Shown: positions 25,960 through 35,093, numbered from the stretch's first letter. The stretch: DNA of 41,340 nt from an uncultured Bacilli bacterium (GCA_947628325.1 CANQZL010000001.1:1-41340); one strand, 5' to 3'. The notes: a model not told the origin generated them from the sequence alone. A program made the numbers and translations.

Positions 25960-27298
25960 TTGGCTACCATTTAGTAATAAACATGTTAACTATATATTAG
26001 CTTGTAAAAATAATAAAGCCAATGTTGCAGAAGGAGCTGTTAGAGCAGCGAAAACTATCTGTAATTGTATTGCATTTTCTTTATGTTTAGAATATTCAAA
26101 AGACAAATTTCACTTAGCTAGTGGTTCAACATTGGCCAATGCTAAATTAAATATTGGAGATTGTAACGGATATGGACTTGAACATCTTTTTAGAGGAAGA
26201 TGTCATTGGGGGAAATACAAAGAGAATGATGCATTGTTTGTAAATACTAAAACTGGAGAAAAAATAATAATATTTGCTGGTGGAGGTCAAGCTGATAGTT
26301 ACAAAAAAATATTAGGTAACTCTTATGGCTTATGGATAGCTACAGAAATAAATGAACACTATGATAGTGAAGATTCGAAAGAATCATTTATAAAAGTAGC
26401 ATTTGCTCGACAATTAGCTTCTTATAATCCCAAATGGTTCTGGGATTTAAATCCATCAAATCCAAATTCATCTATATATACTGAATACATTGATTCATGG
26501 AAAATAAAAGGATTAATAGGTGGTTATAATTATCAGCATTTTAATATTTATGATAATGCAGCTATAACAGAAGAAAGAAAAAAAGAAATTATTAGTCAGT
26601 ATGACATTAATAGTATTTGGTATCAAAGAGATATTCTAGGATTAAGAGTAGTCGCTGAAGGGAGAATATATCAAGAATTTAAAAAATACCATGTTATTAA
26701 AATGCCTGAATGGAATGAAATTGATGAGAACGGAAACTATACTCATTCGTTAAGAAAAGCATTAAAGTTCATTACGATAGGTATTGATTTTGGTGGTAAT
26801 GGTTCTGCACATTCATTTAATGCTACAGGCTTTTGTGAAGGCTTTAAAAAATTTATTACAATTAAGCAAAAAAGAATAAATAAAAGAATTGACGATATTA
26901 AATTAACACAAGAATTTATTAAATTCATTAAAGAGTTAAAAGAAGAATATCCAAACGTTAATATTGTTGATATCAGATGTGATTCTGCTGAGCAAACTCT
27001 GATTGCAGGATTTGAAAAAGCATTAATTGAGAATAATTTAGGAATACCAATCAATAATGCAATAAAAGGTTTAATTTTAAATAGAATTAGATTTTATTGT
27101 AAAATGTTCAGTACAAATAAATATTATATTCTTGAATGTTGTGAAGATTTAATAAATGCTTTTAATACAGCTATATACAATCCGAAGAATAAAAAAGAAG
27201 ATGAGAGATTAGATGATGGAACGCAAGATATAGATAGTCTAGATGCTCAAGAATATTCAACAGAGCCTTACATGACAATACTAATTCAAACAGGTTAA
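25937..27298 (+). CDS. terL: terminase large subunit
   Basis: 453 aa. Deviant Walker A AEGAVRAAKT, Walker B-like LWIATEINE, and a C-terminal nuclease-type acidic residue pattern. Synteny with terS and portal. Confidence 0.88.
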   Translation: MKLTQTINWLPFSNKHVNYILACKNNKANVAEGAVRAAKTICNCIAFSLCLEYSKDKFHLASGSTLANAKLNIGDCNGYGLEHLFRGRCHWGKYKENDALFVNTKTGEKIIIFAGGGQADSYKKILGNSYGLWIATEINEHYDSEDSKESFIKVAFARQLASYNPKWFWDLNPSNPNSSIYTEYIDSWKIKGLIGGYNYQHFNIYDNAAITEERKKEIISQYDINSIWYQRDILGLRVVAEGRIYQEFKKYHVIKMPEWNEIDENGNYTHSLRKALKFITIGIDFGGNGSAHSFNATGFCEGFKKFITIKQKRINKRIDDIKLTQEFIKFIKELKEEYPNVNIVDIRCDSAEQTLIAGFEKALIENNLGIPINNAIKGLILNRIRFYCKMFSTNKYYILECCEDLINAFNTAIYNPKNKKEDERLDDGTQDIDSLDAQEYSTEPYMTILIQTG

Positions 27299-27309
27299 GA
27301 GGTGATTAT

Positions 27310-28698
27310 ATGGAACAAGTAGTGAAAGATTTCTTAAGAGAAATCGGATATAGCGAAAATATAATTGATAATGAACAAGAAAAACGTGTCTCAAACTGGC
27401 TGAGATGGTATAAAGGTAAACCAAAAGAATATAAATATAAAATTTATAATGGTAAAAAATTTGTAAGTAGAACATTAAAATCATTAGAAATTATTCCACA
27501 AAGCTGTAGTGATTTAAGTGATTTCTTTTTTAATGAAAAATTAGAAATCACAATAGATAATAAACAAGTTGATGAAAAGATAAAAGATTGTTTGAAACAA
27601 AACAATTTTTTAAGTAATTCAAATAAATTAATGCAGCTTGTAAAAGCACTTGGTACTGGAGCATATGTTCCATACTTAAAGGACAATGTTTTAAAAATTA
27701 ATTACATCAAAGCTCCAAATATAATAATATTGGACGGTACACAAGAGAATGTCAATAGTGTTCTTTTTTGGACGATATCTAAAAAGCTAGATAAAGAAGA
27801 ATTAATTATTAATGCTCATTTGTTAAAAGATGAAGGATATGTAATTTATAATAGAAAATATGAGAAAGATAAAAATGGCGATTTTAAAAAGGTAACTTTA
27901 CCAGATGATTTAGAATATATTGAAACAAAATCATTCTTACCTAAATTTTCTATATTATTTACAACAGAAGTTAATAATCACGATATTAATAGTCCGTATG
28001 GCATAAGTTGTTATGCAAACGCATTAGATATAGTTCTGTCACTTGATAGAGCATATGATAGTTTCGATAATGAAATATGCTTAGGTAAAAAGAGAGTATA
28101 TGTTCCAGCAAATAGACTCCAATTTAATATTAGTGAATCTGGAGAGACAGTTCCAGTATTTGATGAAAATGATGTAACTTTTTATACATATCCAGGAAAA
28201 GATAACGATAAATTAGAGGAGAGTGATTTTAAATTAAGAATTGAAGAAATAACATCAGCTATTCAAGCACAGTTAAATTTGTATACATCAAAAATCGGAT
28301 TAGGTAATAATTTTTATAAATTTAAAGATGGACAAGTTTATGTTAATACGGATAATGTTATTTCAACAAATAGTGATTTGTTTAGAAAGATAAGAAAACA
28401 AGAGAATATAATAACTCAAGCTATAACAGATTTAATATATGCTATAGCTGAATTAATAGGGGTTAAAGAAAAATTTAGTATATCAATTTTTTACGATGAT
28501 TCGATTATTGAAGATACAGAGAAAATAAAAAAACAAGCTTTATCAGAATATAACGCAAAATTAATTAGCAAACCTCAATATTTCAGAAATGTTTATAAGT
28601 TAAAAGATAAGGAAGCAATTAAATTTGTTGACAAAATGAATAAAGAGATTGTCGATAAAACAATAACAGATGGTACTGAATTTGAATTAACGGAGTGA
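27310..28698 (+). CDS. portal protein (SPP1 gp6-like)
   Basis: 462 aa, located between terL and the MuF gene. AAGAGGTG RBS. Confidence 0.85.
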   Translation: MEQVVKDFLREIGYSENIIDNEQEKRVSNWLRWYKGKPKEYKYKIYNGKKFVSRTLKSLEIIPQSCSDLSDFFFNEKLEITIDNKQVDEKIKDCLKQNNFLSNSNKLMQLVKALGTGAYVPYLKDNVLKINYIKAPNIIILDGTQENVNSVLFWTISKKLDKEELIINAHLLKDEGYVIYNRKYEKDKNGDFKKVTLPDDLEYIETKSFLPKFSILFTTEVNNHDINSPYGISCYANALDIVLSLDRAYDSFDNEICLGKKRVYVPANRLQFNISESGETVPVFDENDVTFYTYPGKDNDKLEESDFKLRIEEITSAIQAQLNLYTSKIGLGNNFYKFKDGQVYVNTDNVISTNSDLFRKIRKQENIITQAITDLIYAIAELIGVKEKFSISIFYDDSIIEDTEKIKKQALSEYNAKLISKPQYFRNVYKLKDKEAIKFVDKMNKEIVDKTITDGTEFELTE

Positions 28699-28702
28699 AA
28701 AA

Positions 28703-30319
28703 ATGAATGAAGAATATATAAAAGATGCTATTGAAAAAATAGTCGAGATATATTCTGATATTGAAAATGACTTACTAATAGAAATAGCGAGTCATTTTTC
28801 TTTGAATGAAGAATTTATTAATAGTGATTTCTGGCGATTAAAAAAATTAGATGAGATGAGTTTGTTAAATAATAAAACTATGAATATATTATCTGATTTA
28901 ACAAATAGATCTCCTAAAGAACTGAAAAAAGCAATAAATAATCTAGGATATAAGATGCTTAATTACGATTATTTAAAAGATGAATATGAAAATAATCATT
29001 TGCAAATCAATCCAGATATATTAATAAAAAATAGAACTATTCAAAATATAATAAAAACAGCTTATGATGAAACAAATGATAGTTTAATAAGAATATCAAA
29101 TAAAATAAGTGAATCTGTTAGAGCTTCCTATTTAGAAGTGTTGGAAGGATCTTATTTGAAAATATCTATGGGAACACATTCTTATCAAGAAGCGATAAGG
29201 AGTTCAATTAATGATTTATCAAATGAAGGAATTATTACATTAACTTTAAATACGACTGATGAAAGAGGAAGAGTTACAGGAATTAGAAATTATGATGTTG
29301 AAGGTACAGTAAGAAGAGATTTACTAACAAGTGTTAGAAAATTAAATAATGATATAAGTAATGATGTGGCCAATGAATTAAATTGTGAATACCTTTATTT
29401 ATCGGAACATTTAAGATGTAGGCCAACACATTTTGACTGGCAAGGAACAATAATAAAAAAAGAAGATCTAGAGAAAGTTACTGGGTATGGTACAGGAGGA
29501 GGTTTGGGTGGACCAAATTGCTCTCATTATTTTGAACCATACTTCGGAGATGCTAGAGGAAGCGATTTAAAGAGCATTTCTAAAGCAAATGCTGAAAAAG
29601 AATATTATTTATCTCAACATCAAAGATATCTCGAGCGAGGTGTCAGAAAATGGCTTAGAAAAGCAAATATGTATAAAGCAGCAGATGATGATGAATATTT
29701 TAAAAAATGTAATAAAAAAGTAAAAGAATGGCGTTTAAGAACGAAAGAATTTACTGAAAAATATAATCTTAAACGTGATTTTACTAGGGAATATGTTAAT
29801 GATAAAAGTATTGAAAATTTGTCTATTAATCACAATACAAAAGATAATAAAGAAGTATTAAAAGAATATTTGGGAAATACTCCTAAAAAAGATTTTGTTA
29901 AAACAATTAAGCAATACGAAAATGAAATAGTTGACCAATCTATTGAAAACGCTATAATAATAGAGGAAAACGGAGATGTTTATAGATTTGTTGGTTCAAG
30001 AGATTATGTAAATATTACTGGTAATTTTAAAAACGCTATAATTACTCATAACCATATAGGTTTAGATGATGAGTTGGGTGGTTCTTTTGGCAAAGACGAT
30101 TTTAATTTATTAGTAAGACATCAAAACATAAGAGAACTTAGGGAAGTTGATGAGAAATATCTTTACACTATGAAAGCGTTATCCAAGATAAAAGAAAGTG
30201 ATTATGATGACGCATATAGAAATGTTAGATTAATCGATGATGATGATTATAAACATCTAGTTATGAAAGTTTTAAATGATAAGGGTTTGATTAAGTATGA
30301 AAGAACAATTAGAAAATGA
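28703..30319 (+). CDS. head morphogenesis protein (MuF / SPP1 gp7 family) with an extra ~150-aa C-terminal domain
   Basis: The MuF core runs to about residue 370 (RCRPTHFDWQGT..., GGPNCSHYFEPY). The C-terminal extension contains IITHNHIGLDDELGGSFGKDDF. Confidence 0.8.
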   Translation: MNEEYIKDAIEKIVEIYSDIENDLLIEIASHFSLNEEFINSDFWRLKKLDEMSLLNNKTMNILSDLTNRSPKELKKAINNLGYKMLNYDYLKDEYENNHLQINPDILIKNRTIQNIIKTAYDETNDSLIRISNKISESVRASYLEVLEGSYLKISMGTHSYQEAIRSSINDLSNEGIITLTLNTTDERGRVTGIRNYDVEGTVRRDLLTSVRKLNNDISNDVANELNCEYLYLSEHLRCRPTHFDWQGTIIKKEDLEKVTGYGTGGGLGGPNCSHYFEPYFGDARGSDLKSISKANAEKEYYLSQHQRYLERGVRKWLRKANMYKAADDDEYFKKCNKKVKEWRLRTKEFTEKYNLKRDFTREYVNDKSIENLSINHNTKDNKEVLKEYLGNTPKKDFVKTIKQYENEIVDQSIENAIIIEENGDVYRFVGSRDYVNITGNFKNAIITHNHIGLDDELGGSFGKDDFNLLVRHQNIRELREVDEKYLYTMKALSKIKESDYDDAYRNVRLIDDDDYKHLVMKVLNDKGLIKYERTIRK

Positions 30320-30488
30320 ATTAAAAATATGGGAAGAAGAATATTTAAAAGCTAAAGAAAAATTAGAAAAAGAGCATCCGTATATAGTCAATCAATTAAA
30401 TGATCATCATCCAGTTAATGAATTAAACAAAAAATATTTTGAAAAGAAAAGAAAAATAATAGAAAAATATAAAGCACCCGAAAAATAG
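30297..30488 (+). CDS. small helical protein (63 aa)
   Basis: It overlaps the MuF 3' end by 23 nt and has a K/E-rich coding-like composition. Without it, a 195-nt gap would remain. Confidence 0.5.
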   Translation: MKEQLENELKIWEEEYLKAKEKLEKEHPYIVNQLNDHHPVNELNKKYFEKKRKIIEKYKAPEK

Positions 30489-30513
30489 AGTGCTTTTATT
30501 ATGGAGTAAAAAA

Positions 30514-30846
30514 ATGAAATTTAAGATAAATGATGTAGAGTATGAAATAATTGAAGTTAATCAAAATGAATTTATAAAGACAAAAGAAGAAGCACAAGAT
30601 GAAAATTATTTTCTATGGGGGCAAACAAGATTTGATACATTTAAAGTTTTGATATATAAAGATTTACCCATAGGACAAAAAAGGAAAACTTTAATGCATG
30701 AATTAATGCATATATATCTAAAAAGTTATATTACAAATGAGAACTTAGAAAATATAACCGAAGAAATAATGTGTGATATATCAGCAAATTCACACGATAT
30801 TATTAACAAAATAGTTATAGAATATTTTAAAAACACTACTTCATAG
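30514..30846 (+). CDS. ImmA/IrrE-like (M78, DUF955-type) zinc metallopeptidase
   Basis: The motif WGQTRFDTFKVLIYKDLPIGQKRKTLMHELMHIYL carries HEXXH in the context typical of the family. The ATG at 30514 has a GGAG RBS; the track start at 30490 is a GTG. Confidence 0.6.
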   Translation: MKFKINDVEYEIIEVNQNEFIKTKEEAQDENYFLWGQTRFDTFKVLIYKDLPIGQKRKTLMHELMHIYLKSYITNENLENITEEIMCDISANSHDIINKIVIEYFKNTTS

Positions 30847-30850
30847 GTAG

Positions 30851-30896
30851 TGTGAAATCTATTATTCAGGAATACGAGGGCTGGATAGATTTCACA
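30851..30896 (+). other. perfect 12-bp stem hairpin with 22-nt loop
   Basis: TGTGAAATCTAT (30851-30862) pairs with ATAGATTTCACA (30885-30896). It starts 5 nt after the peptidase stop. Confidence 0.7.
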
Positions 30897-30915
30897 GTGC
30901 TTATAAAATAGCACT

Positions 30916-30943
30916 AAAGTCGATATTTATATCGGCTTTTATT
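30916..30943 (+). terminator. rho-independent terminator after the packaging/MuF block
   Basis: Stem AAAGTCGATA/TATCGGCTTT (one G-U pair) with a 4-nt loop, then a T-rich tail TTTTATT. Confidence 0.5.
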
Positions 30944-31024
30944 ATGCCTTTTACTTAGTTAGGTTGAAAACTAAGGTGTGGGAATTACTTTGTTACCCAA
31001 ATAAAAAAATAGAGGAGAAAATTT

Positions 31025-31561
31025 ATGGAAGACGAAAAAAAACCAGTTACTCAGCCTGAAGAAAAAACTGAGGTGCCTGTTACTCAAACAGATGAAAAAA
31101 CTGAGGGGAAGACTTTTACTCAAGAAGAAGTAAATGCTATGGTTATAAAAGCTGAAAATAAAATCAATAAAAAATATGAAAATATTGATTTAGAAGCTTA
31201 TAACAAGTGGCAAGAGAGTCAAAAAACAGAAGCTGAAAAGCAGACAGAGTTAACTCAGAAATTAACAAATACTAATAACGAAAATATCTCATTAAAGCAA
31301 GAAAACCAAGTTTTAAAAACTGGTGTAAATGTTGATGATGTTGATTATGTAGTTTTTAAAGTATCAAAAATGGAAGGTGAATTCGAGGATAACCTAAAGG
31401 AATTTTTAGAGAAAAATCCTAAATATCTTGAAAATAACAAAAAACAAGCAAATACATCTACTACTACTGGATTCGACCAGAATAGTACGAGTAATCCAGT
31501 AAGTGATGAAAAAGCATATAAAGATAAAAAATATGCCAAGAATCCATATTATAAAAAATAA
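31025..31561 (+). CDS. capsid scaffolding protein (DUF4355-like)
   Basis: 178 aa, acidic and Gln-rich with coiled-coil character, directly upstream of the major capsid gene. AGAGGAG RBS. Confidence 0.75.
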   Translation: MEDEKKPVTQPEEKTEVPVTQTDEKTEGKTFTQEEVNAMVIKAENKINKKYENIDLEAYNKWQESQKTEAEKQTELTQKLTNTNNENISLKQENQVLKTGVNVDDVDYVVFKVSKMEGEFEDNLKEFLEKNPKYLENNKKQANTSTTTGFDQNSTSNPVSDEKAYKDKKYAKNPYYKK

Positions 31562-31572
31562 AAGAAAGAAGG

Positions 31573-32433
31573 ATGATAAAAGTGAAATATGGTGACGATT
31601 TTGTAGATGAACAATATTCAGATATATTAGAGCCTAATCTATATACTGATAATGTAATGATTCCAGACGTTACGTACAATGCCCAATATGAAGGCGATGT
31701 ACACTCTGGTTTAGTTCATATATATAAAGAGAAGAAATCTGGCAGAAAGGATCCTAAAACTCCAGCATCAGATTTTGAAGATGAAAAAACAGAAAATGAT
31801 TTAATTGATTTGAGATTAAATAATACTTATCAAAAATCTAAAAAGATTTATCAAGTTACTGCAAATTCATGCTCTTACGATAAAGCTGAAGTAAATTTAA
31901 GTAATTGTGTAAATGAAAATAAAGAAGATAGACAAGCTTCTGCATTAGCATGTTTGATTAATGAAGGAACAAAAGTTACTGTTGAAGCAAAAACTATAAC
32001 TGAAAAAGTAATTGAAATTAGAAAGAGCATCAGAAAAAAACATGCTTATCCTGATATTGTTTTTGCGTCAGTTGATGCATTTGCTCAAATGCTTAAAGAG
32101 GCAGGTAATAAATATACTCCAACGACAAATGATATGATAATAACATCTGGCCGTGTAGGTGTTTATTTAGGTATGACTTGGTTTGAAGTTGATGCATTTG
32201 AAGGAACTGCTAAATATTATGACTTCTCTGGAGCATTAAAAGAAATTAATCTAGATGATGTTGAATTAGTCGTATATGATCATAGTACCTTACATTTAGC
32301 TGATAATTTAAGCATGATGAGATTAAAAGATTCTGAGCACTTCACAGGTGTAAAAGCTCAAAATGAAATTAATACAGGCTTTAGAGTTACTAATAAAGAT
32401 AAAGTAGCTTATACTACATCAATTCCCAGCTGA
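31573..32433 (+). CDS. major capsid protein
   Basis: 286 aa, called from its position after the scaffold and before the connector genes. The start is ambiguous (ATG 31573 or GTG 31582). Confidence 0.75.
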   Translation: MIKVKYGDDFVDEQYSDILEPNLYTDNVMIPDVTYNAQYEGDVHSGLVHIYKEKKSGRKDPKTPASDFEDEKTENDLIDLRLNNTYQKSKKIYQVTANSCSYDKAEVNLSNCVNENKEDRQASALACLINEGTKVTVEAKTITEKVIEIRKSIRKKHAYPDIVFASVDAFAQMLKEAGNKYTPTTNDMIITSGRVGVYLGMTWFEVDAFEGTAKYYDFSGALKEINLDDVELVVYDHSTLHLADNLSMMRLKDSEHFTGVKAQNEINTGFRVTNKDKVAYTTSIPS

Positions 32434-32470
32434 GCCCTCAAAAAAAGTAACTGTTAAGTTACCAGAGGGC
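32425..32470 (+). promoter_or_regulatory. candidate +1 recoding signal: CCC_AGC_TGA plus downstream stem-loop
   Basis: Pro codon CCC (32425-32427) is followed by A, allowing a CCC to CCA slip. The two-tier stem GCCCTC...GAGGGC (32434-32439 / 32465-32470) encloses GTAACT-GTTA-AGTTAC (32447-32462). Confidence 0.5.
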
Positions 32471-32497
32471 AATGTTTATAATAAATTAGCATCAGAT

Positions 32498-32809
32498 TTG
32501 CAAGAAATTGAATTATCTGATAATAAACTTACAGGGACATTAAAATATGTAGAAAATTATGACGGTTTCTCTGAAGGAGCAGAAGGTAACTTCCTAGCTA
32601 TAGAAGTTGAAGAAGCTAAAAATGGTGACACTATACAATTTGAATTATCAGATTCTCAAATTAAGGGGAATGGTTTTTTAAATTCAGAAGATCCATTATT
32701 AGTATGTAAAATTCATTCAAATTCTCAAACTATAACTTTGACTAATGGTTCAACAAAGGTAGTCTTAGATTTGACTGGATTAACATTAGGTCAAAAATCA
32801 GGAGAATAA
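32498..32809 (+). CDS. capsid-associated beta-rich (Ig-like/decoration-type) domain; probably translated as a capsid extension, not independently
   Basis: The track ORF starts at a TTG with no RBS, yet the frame is open from 32408 with no ATG or GTG. It contains the LTGTLKYVENYDGFSEGAEGNFLAIEV motif seen in phage surface domains. Confidence 0.6.
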   Translation: MQEIELSDNKLTGTLKYVENYDGFSEGAEGNFLAIEVEEAKNGDTIQFELSDSQIKGNGFLNSEDPLLVCKIHSNSQTITLTNGSTKVVLDLTGLTLGQKSGE

Positions 32810-32810
32810 T

Positions 32811-33221
32811 TTGAATAGTTATATTGATTTTGATTATTATTCTAATTTTTATGATAAGCCAAAAGTTAGTAAGGAAGATTTTAACCAACTTGCTTTAGAC
32901 GCAACTAATAATATAAGAAGTCGTATTATGAATAAAAGTATAGTTAATTACGAAAAAATAGTTAAAGATACTACTTGTTTAATAGTCGATGTTTTATCCG
33001 ATATTAGTCAGTTGAAAGCAAGGAAAGAAAAACTCGCTTTAGGGAATGAAAAGATTTTATCATCTGAAAAAGTAGGAGACTATAGTAGAACTTTTTCAAG
33101 TGTATCAATCAACGAATTAAACGAATTAATTTCGTCAAAAGAAAAAGAAATCGATGATTTAATTACCAAAAATTTATTATTTACGGGTTTACTTTATACA
33201 GGAGTATATGTTATCGGATGA
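32811..33221 (+). CDS. head-tail connector protein (gp6/gp15-like)
   Basis: 136 aa. TTG start with an AGGAG RBS 7 nt upstream. The N-terminus YIDFDYYSNFY...FNQLALDATNNIRSRI is typical of head-tail connector proteins. Confidence 0.6.
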   Translation: MNSYIDFDYYSNFYDKPKVSKEDFNQLALDATNNIRSRIMNKSIVNYEKIVKDTTCLIVDVLSDISQLKARKEKLALGNEKILSSEKVGDYSRTFSSVSINELNELISSKEKEIDDLITKNLLFTGLLYTGVYVIG

Positions 33222-33603
33222 TTTGTTAAAAGATATTTCAGTTGTCAATGAAATATTAATAGATAATATGTTAGAAGGATATAAAGTTACTCATGTTAAA
33301 GGTTTTTGGTCATCTTCTGAAGGAATTAGTATTCAAGATACTAATATAGTTAAAAATGATGGCTTAAAAGTCATCATTTTTACTTCCGAAGAAGGATATA
33401 TTTCTCCTAAAGAATTTCAAGAGAACCATGAAAATAATAAATGGACGTTAAAAAATGATGATTATCTTGTAAAAGGTAAGATAAATAGTATTAATTCAAT
33501 TACTGAATTAAAAGATAAATACGAATATATGAAAATAACAAACGTTTCTTTAAAAGATTATGGTTCATTAGATATGCAGCATTTTGAAATAACAGGTGAG
33601 TAA
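33208..33603 (+). CDS. head-tail joining protein (head closure, by position)
   Basis: 131 aa, called by synteny. Confidence 0.5.
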   Translation: MLSDDLLKDISVVNEILIDNMLEGYKVTHVKGFWSSSEGISIQDTNIVKNDGLKVIIFTSEEGYISPKEFQENHENNKWTLKNDDYLVKGKINSINSITELKDKYEYMKITNVSLKDYGSLDMQHFEITGE

Positions 33604-34043
33604 TGGATTATGAAATTGAAATTTTCTTACCTGATGAAAAAGAGCTTTTAGCTAAACGTGGCTTAAATGAAAATGGGAGAATGCAAAGAGTCATTGATAC
33701 AAGTTTTATTCACTATATGCGTCTAAAAATGCAGTCACAAAGTGGCATGATGATTGCTCAAACAAAAAATCCAAAAGGTGGATTAGTAACTGTAGAATCT
33801 CCATATGCTCATTACATGAATGAGGGAATAAAATATGTTGATCCTAAAACGAAAAAAGGAGCTTTTCATGATCCAATTAGTGGCAGGTTTTGGAGTAGGC
33901 CAAGAGTAAAAAAAATACCTTCAACTGACTTGTTAAATTATAGTGATGGGCCAGAGCGAGGTTCTCATTTTGTTCAAAGAACAATAAGTGAAAATTTTGA
34001 CGATATAGTAAGAGAAGCACAGAAGGAGATTGGTAGAACATGA
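33603..34043 (+). CDS. head-tail joining / tail-completion module protein (HK97 gp10-like, by position)
   Basis: 146 aa with an ATG overlapping the upstream stop. Confidence 0.5.
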   Translation: MDYEIEIFLPDEKELLAKRGLNENGRMQRVIDTSFIHYMRLKMQSQSGMMIAQTKNPKGGLVTVESPYAHYMNEGIKYVDPKTKKGAFHDPISGRFWSRPRVKKIPSTDLLNYSDGPERGSHFVQRTISENFDDIVREAQKEIGRT

Positions 34044-34462
34044 TTGATAAAATTAGGAATTATATATCAAAGTGTCCATATTTAAATGATTTTAATAATA
34101 TAAATATTAACTATTTGATAGATAAAGTTAAATCATATTCAATTAATGAAGCAGCTGGATATAATCCGCACATTAATACTTATATTAATGGGGATAAAGA
34201 AATGCAATTTAAATTTAGTTTTGATGCTAAATTTCATTGGAATAAAGAGATTGCAAATAATTTAGACAATTCTTTATTTTTTGAAAATTTCAGAAATTGG
34301 TTAGAAAGAAATGATGAAGAAGGCATATATCCTATTGTTTCAAATGGAATTGTACCTTTATCGATTTCAGCAATAACTGATGGTTATATTTTTGCAACAA
34401 ATTCAGATGAAGCAATCTATAGAATAGATTGTGTTTTTAATTATATAAAAGAAAAGAGGTAG
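34040..34462 (+). CDS. tail completion protein (by position)
   Basis: 140 aa with an ATGA overlap with the upstream gene. Confidence 0.5.
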   Translation: MIDKIRNYISKCPYLNDFNNININYLIDKVKSYSINEAAGYNPHINTYINGDKEMQFKFSFDAKFHWNKEIANNLDNSLFFENFRNWLERNDEEGIYPIVSNGIVPLSISAITDGYIFATNSDEAIYRIDCVFNYIKEKR

Positions 34463-34466
34463 AAGA

Positions 34467-35057
34467 ATGGCAGAAAAACAAAAAAGATTAGCTAAAAGAA
34501 CAGAGATAGCAACATTTTTAAACATAACACCTACTGAAGAAACAGAAGATTTTGAACTCGCTGGTTATTATCAAACAACAGGAGAATATTCTTATGATGC
34601 TTCAGAAACAGATGAAACTTATATAGTCGATGATAATCCTACGACAGTAGTAGAGAAATATAAAGTTTCAATGGATAATGAACAAAAATGTTATATAGGA
34701 GATCCCGTTTATGATTTTATAAATAACTTGAGAAGGAAAAGAGCAATTGGCTCAGAGGCAGAGACTACTACTTTATGCGTTGAAAAATATGATGTAAACG
34801 AAGAAGGAGAATTCTATGCCGAAAAATCTAAATGCTCTATAAGTATTAGTAAATTTGGTGGCGATGGTGGACAAACTCCTATGATTGGTTACAAAATTAA
34901 TTTAAATGGAGATCCTATCTATGGTCGAGTAAAAATCGAAAATGGGAAAGTTACATTTAAAGAAGATTCTATGGCAATATCTTTAAAAGGGGTTAATCAA
35001 ATGCCTATTTCAGAGATTCCACAAGATGATTCAACAGGAGACGACGAATTTGAATAG
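34467..35057 (+). CDS. major tail protein
   Basis: 196 aa, immediately before the chaperone pair and the tape measure gene. AAGAGG RBS. Confidence 0.7.
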   Translation: MAEKQKRLAKRTEIATFLNITPTEETEDFELAGYYQTTGEYSYDASETDETYIVDDNPTTVVEKYKVSMDNEQKCYIGDPVYDFINNLRRKRAIGSEAETTTLCVEKYDVNEEGEFYAEKSKCSISISKFGGDGGQTPMIGYKINLNGDPIYGRVKIENGKVTFKEDSMAISLKGVNQMPISEIPQDDSTGDDEFE

Positions 35058-35070
35058 TCGTCTCTTTTTT
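35038..35070 (+). terminator. rho-independent terminator/attenuator after the major tail gene
   Basis: Stem GAGACGA/TCGTCTC (35038-35044 / 35058-35064) followed by T6. The loop contains the stop codon. Confidence 0.65.
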
Positions 35071-35093
35071 ATTATTTAGAAAGGATAAATTAT

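Noticed and set aside
32431-32457. Stop-codon readthrough of the capsid TGA as the route into the downstream ORF.
   Set aside because: In frame 0 the TGA is followed by seven sense codons and then a TAA (32455-32457). The downstream ORF is in a different frame, so only a frameshift could link them.
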